A stretch of DNA of 34,429 bases from IMG/VR virus record IMGVR_UViG_3300020613_000003; one strand, 5' to 3'. The notes under the pieces were generated by a model. The model ran no database searches. It worked only from the letters and a program-made list of their open reading frames with translations, and was not told the DNA's origin. How positions within the stretch are numbered: the stretch's first letter is position 1; every line of letters starts with the position of its first letter. Positions 32,287 to 34,429 of this stretch are shown here, in pieces. Both the position numbers and the translations under genes were made by a program. This stretch comes from a virus.

Positions 32287-32748
32287 GTGGTTAAGAATCC
32301 GTACTATCAACAAAATAACGGACGCTTACCCAGCGACCCGCCAAACCACTTAGGAACAGTGGCAAGGGAAGTTTGGCGCAAAATCGTTCCGTTTTTAGAA
32401 AGCACAAATAAGGTTCAACGCATTGATACGTTTTTGGTTGAAACTTACTGCACGAATTATGAAATTTACAAACTCGCTTATGAGGATATTAAGCAAAATG
32501 GCATTCAGCAGGAAATTAAAAAGCCGATTCAAGCGCAAGGGTCTGGTAAGGTTCTCGGTGAGCAGTCGCTTGGTTTTAAAAAGAATCCAGCGGTTGCTAC
32601 TATGAAGGACGCTGTAGACACTTTAAATAAAATCGGTATTCAGCTTGGTTTGACACCAAAAGGACGTCAAGAGTTGATGGAAATTGCTGGCGAGGAAACG
32701 AACAAGGCTTCAACAGCAGATATGCTGAAGGAATTTTTGGGGAAATAA
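32287..32748 (+). CDS. terS: Terminase small subunit
   Basis: 153 aa from GTG 32287 (MVKNPYYQQNNGRLPSDPP..), immediately upstream of terL. An ATG at 32283 with better SD spacing opens only a 3-codon ORF (see findings). Confidence 0.85.
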   Translation: MVKNPYYQQNNGRLPSDPPNHLGTVAREVWRKIVPFLESTNKVQRIDTFLVETYCTNYEIYKLAYEDIKQNGIQQEIKKPIQAQGSGKVLGEQSLGFKKNPAVATMKDAVDTLNKIGIQLGLTPKGRQELMEIAGEETNKASTADMLKEFLGK

Positions 32749-32788
32749 AAAGATGTCTATTATATTGAAAGGGGGTGATTAATAGTAA

Positions 32789-33478
32789 ATGAAAACAAAT
32801 CTAACAAAAACTCATGATATAGATGCAGCATATAATGAATTTGATTTTTCAGATGTTGCTCGAAAATATCAAGATGATGGCACAAAATATTGCTTTGATG
32901 TTTTAGAAGGTCGAATAGTCGCTGGTTACATGATTAAATTGGCGTGTTTCCGTCATTTAAGAGACCTACAACGACAAGGTAACGACGACTTTCCATATAC
33001 CTATGAAACGACTGAAGCGGACAAACTATTGAGATTTGCTAAGATATGTCCAAACGTAGACACTGGTGAGCCTACACAGTTGATGGCTTGGCAAAAGTTC
33101 ATCCTATGTATGCTTTTTGGATGGAGAAATGCCAACGGTGGTAAACGCTTTAGTCGTGCTATTGTTTCTGTTGGTCGTGGTCAAGGTAAAACGTATCTGA
33201 TGGCTATTCTAACGGCTTATTCATATTTTATTGAAAGCCTCGGACTTTCCAATCAGGACTATTTGGTTACATCAATCAACTTCAAACAAACAAACAAGTT
33301 GCTTGGTTACATCAAATCCATGATGAAGCAGATAATTCAGAACGAACCTTTCAAAAGTTTGGCAGTCGAGACTGAGTTGGGCTTGCATAGTGATCAAGTC
33401 ATCATGAAAGCAAACAACAACGTTTTAAGAGCCATATCAGCAGAGAGTGGTCAATATGATAGTTTTCATTTTACTTGA
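32789..33478 (+). CDS. terL: Terminase large subunit, N-terminal segment (ATPase Walker A part), ending prematurely at TGA 33476-33478
   Basis: 229 aa with SD aaaggggg and Walker A GRGQGKT (33173-33193). The frame stops one residue before where Walker B should begin. Confidence 0.9.
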   Translation: MKTNLTKTHDIDAAYNEFDFSDVARKYQDDGTKYCFDVLEGRIVAGYMIKLACFRHLRDLQRQGNDDFPYTYETTEADKLLRFAKICPNVDTGEPTQLMAWQKFILCMLFGWRNANGGKRFSRAIVSVGRGQGKTYLMAILTAYSYFIESLGLSNQDYLVTSINFKQTNKLLGYIKSMMKQIIQNEPFKSLAVETELGLHSDQVIMKANNNVLRAISAESGQYDSFHFT

Positions 33479-33482
33479 ATGA

Positions 33483-34429
33483 ACAACCGCTATTTTCGAT
33501 GAAATCGGAGAAATTGAAACAAGGGATGCAGTTTCTAAGATTGTTTCTGGGCAAGTTAAAGTTCCAAACCGACAATTCATTCAAATTTCTACTGCTTATC
33601 CAAACCCATCAGTTCCTTTCAGGGAAGACCAAAAAATCATGCAACAAGCCATGGAAGATGACGACAATAGAGATGCTGATACATACCTTTGCTTAGTTTG
33701 GTCGCAAGACAACCTTGATGAAGTCTTTCAACCAGAAACATGGGTGAAAAGTAATCCGCTTTTAGATTTAGATCAAGAGCGTGACAACCTCATGAAAGGG
33801 TTGATGGATAAAAGGGATAGCGACCTTTTAAGTGGTAACCTCGCTGACTTTCAAGTCAAGAACATGAACTGCTGGCTATTAGCTGATAGCAATAGCTTTC
33901 TCGATTTAAAAGATATTGAGAATGCAGTCGTAGATGACTTTGACATCAAGGGTAAGCGAGTTTATGTAGGATTGGATGCATCAATGTTCAGCGATAATAC
34001 AGCCATTGGCTTCGTCTATCCATACGTTGGTGAAGATGGAAGTCAGAAATGGCACATAGAACAGCACAGTTTCATTCCTTGGCAACAAGCAGGCTCGCTT
34101 GAAGCTAAAATGGAAAAAGACGGTGTTAACTATCGAGACTTGGAAGCCAAGGGTTTTTGTACAATCACAAGTCATCCAAAAGGTCTTATCAACTCTGAAG
34201 AAGTGTACCGTTGGTTTTGTGAGTATGTCGAAGATAATCAACTTGACGTCGTTTTCTTCGGCTATGATGCACTGGGTGTTTCTAAACTAATCAAGGCGTT
34301 GGAAGCTAATACTAGTTTCCCTATGATGCCAATTAGACAGCGTACAAGCGAATTGAAAGACCCTACAAAATTCCTTCAAACACTGTTCATTGAAGGAAAT
34401 ATCACTCGCCTTGATGATGAAATTATGCG
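33483..34429 (+). CDS. terL: Terminase large subunit, downstream segment in a different frame (Walker B through the nuclease domain). It continues into 1..296.
   Basis: The frame opens at ACA 33483, after TGA 33480-33482, and reads TTAIFDEIGEIETRD.. (Walker B), then ..KRVYVGLDASMFSDNTAIGFV.. (RNase-H-like nuclease Asp). There is no start codon or SD. It is absent from the ORF track because it lacks a Met start and runs off the window. Confidence 0.9.
34375..34429. repeat. Second copy of the 55-nt terminal redundancy
   Basis: Identical to nt 1-55. Confidence 0.95.

Noticed and set aside
33475-33696. A 73-aa ORF (TTG start) beginning at the terL break, and the minus-strand ORF 33981..34241
   Set aside because: The third frame at the break has no TerL-like sequence (MNEQPLFSMKSEKLKQ..). 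The frame opening at 33483 carries Walker B and the nuclease motifs, so these ORFs are by-products of the disruption.

Overview
The window is a complete, self-closing assembly of a virulent cos-type Streptococcus thermophilus siphovirus: a 34,374-bp unit genome plus a 55-nt terminal overlap. The architecture is Sfi21/DT1-like (Moineauvirus-type), and every credible gene is on the + strand.

Gene order:
- terL C-terminus (wraps from the window end), a 59-aa membrane ORF, portal, ClpP-type prohead protease, HK97-type major capsid.
- Head-tail connectors, major tail protein, and the G/GT chaperone pair with a canonical -1 slippery heptamer.
- A 1590-aa tape measure carrying CHAP and lytic-transglycosylase domains, a large Dit, a collagen-repeat Tal/antireceptor, and a 671-aa distal tail protein.
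- Holins, then a lysin split by a ~1.0-kb group I intron that encodes an HNH-AP2 homing endonuclease.
- A lysogeny-module scar with two strong early promoters and two XRE HTH genes.
- The replication module: Gp157, Sak4-like ATPase, SF2 helicase, DUF669-like protein, prim-pol, D5-type primase-helicase.
- A non-coding ori, VRR-NUC and small early genes, MazG, an internally duplicated 235-aa protein, an ArpU/sigma-like late regulator, a packaging HNH, the cos region, terS and terL.

Most unusual observations:
1. terL is broken just before its Walker B motif by an extra 7-10 nt. No single frameshift can repair this. The gap is flanked by matching Thr codons with a stop directly after the upstream one, which is the geometry of translational bypassing. 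An assembly error or a defective genome must be excluded first.
2. The ~190-nt cos/terS leader has a collinear, diverged paralogue 2.9 kb upstream. Together the two copies bracket a five-gene cassette.
3. A tRNA T-arm plus acceptor mimic sits at the stop codon of the 235-aa gene.
4. A 12-bp long-range helix closes a structured leader upstream of the replication module.

All functional calls come from motif recognition and recalled family architecture. No database search was possible.
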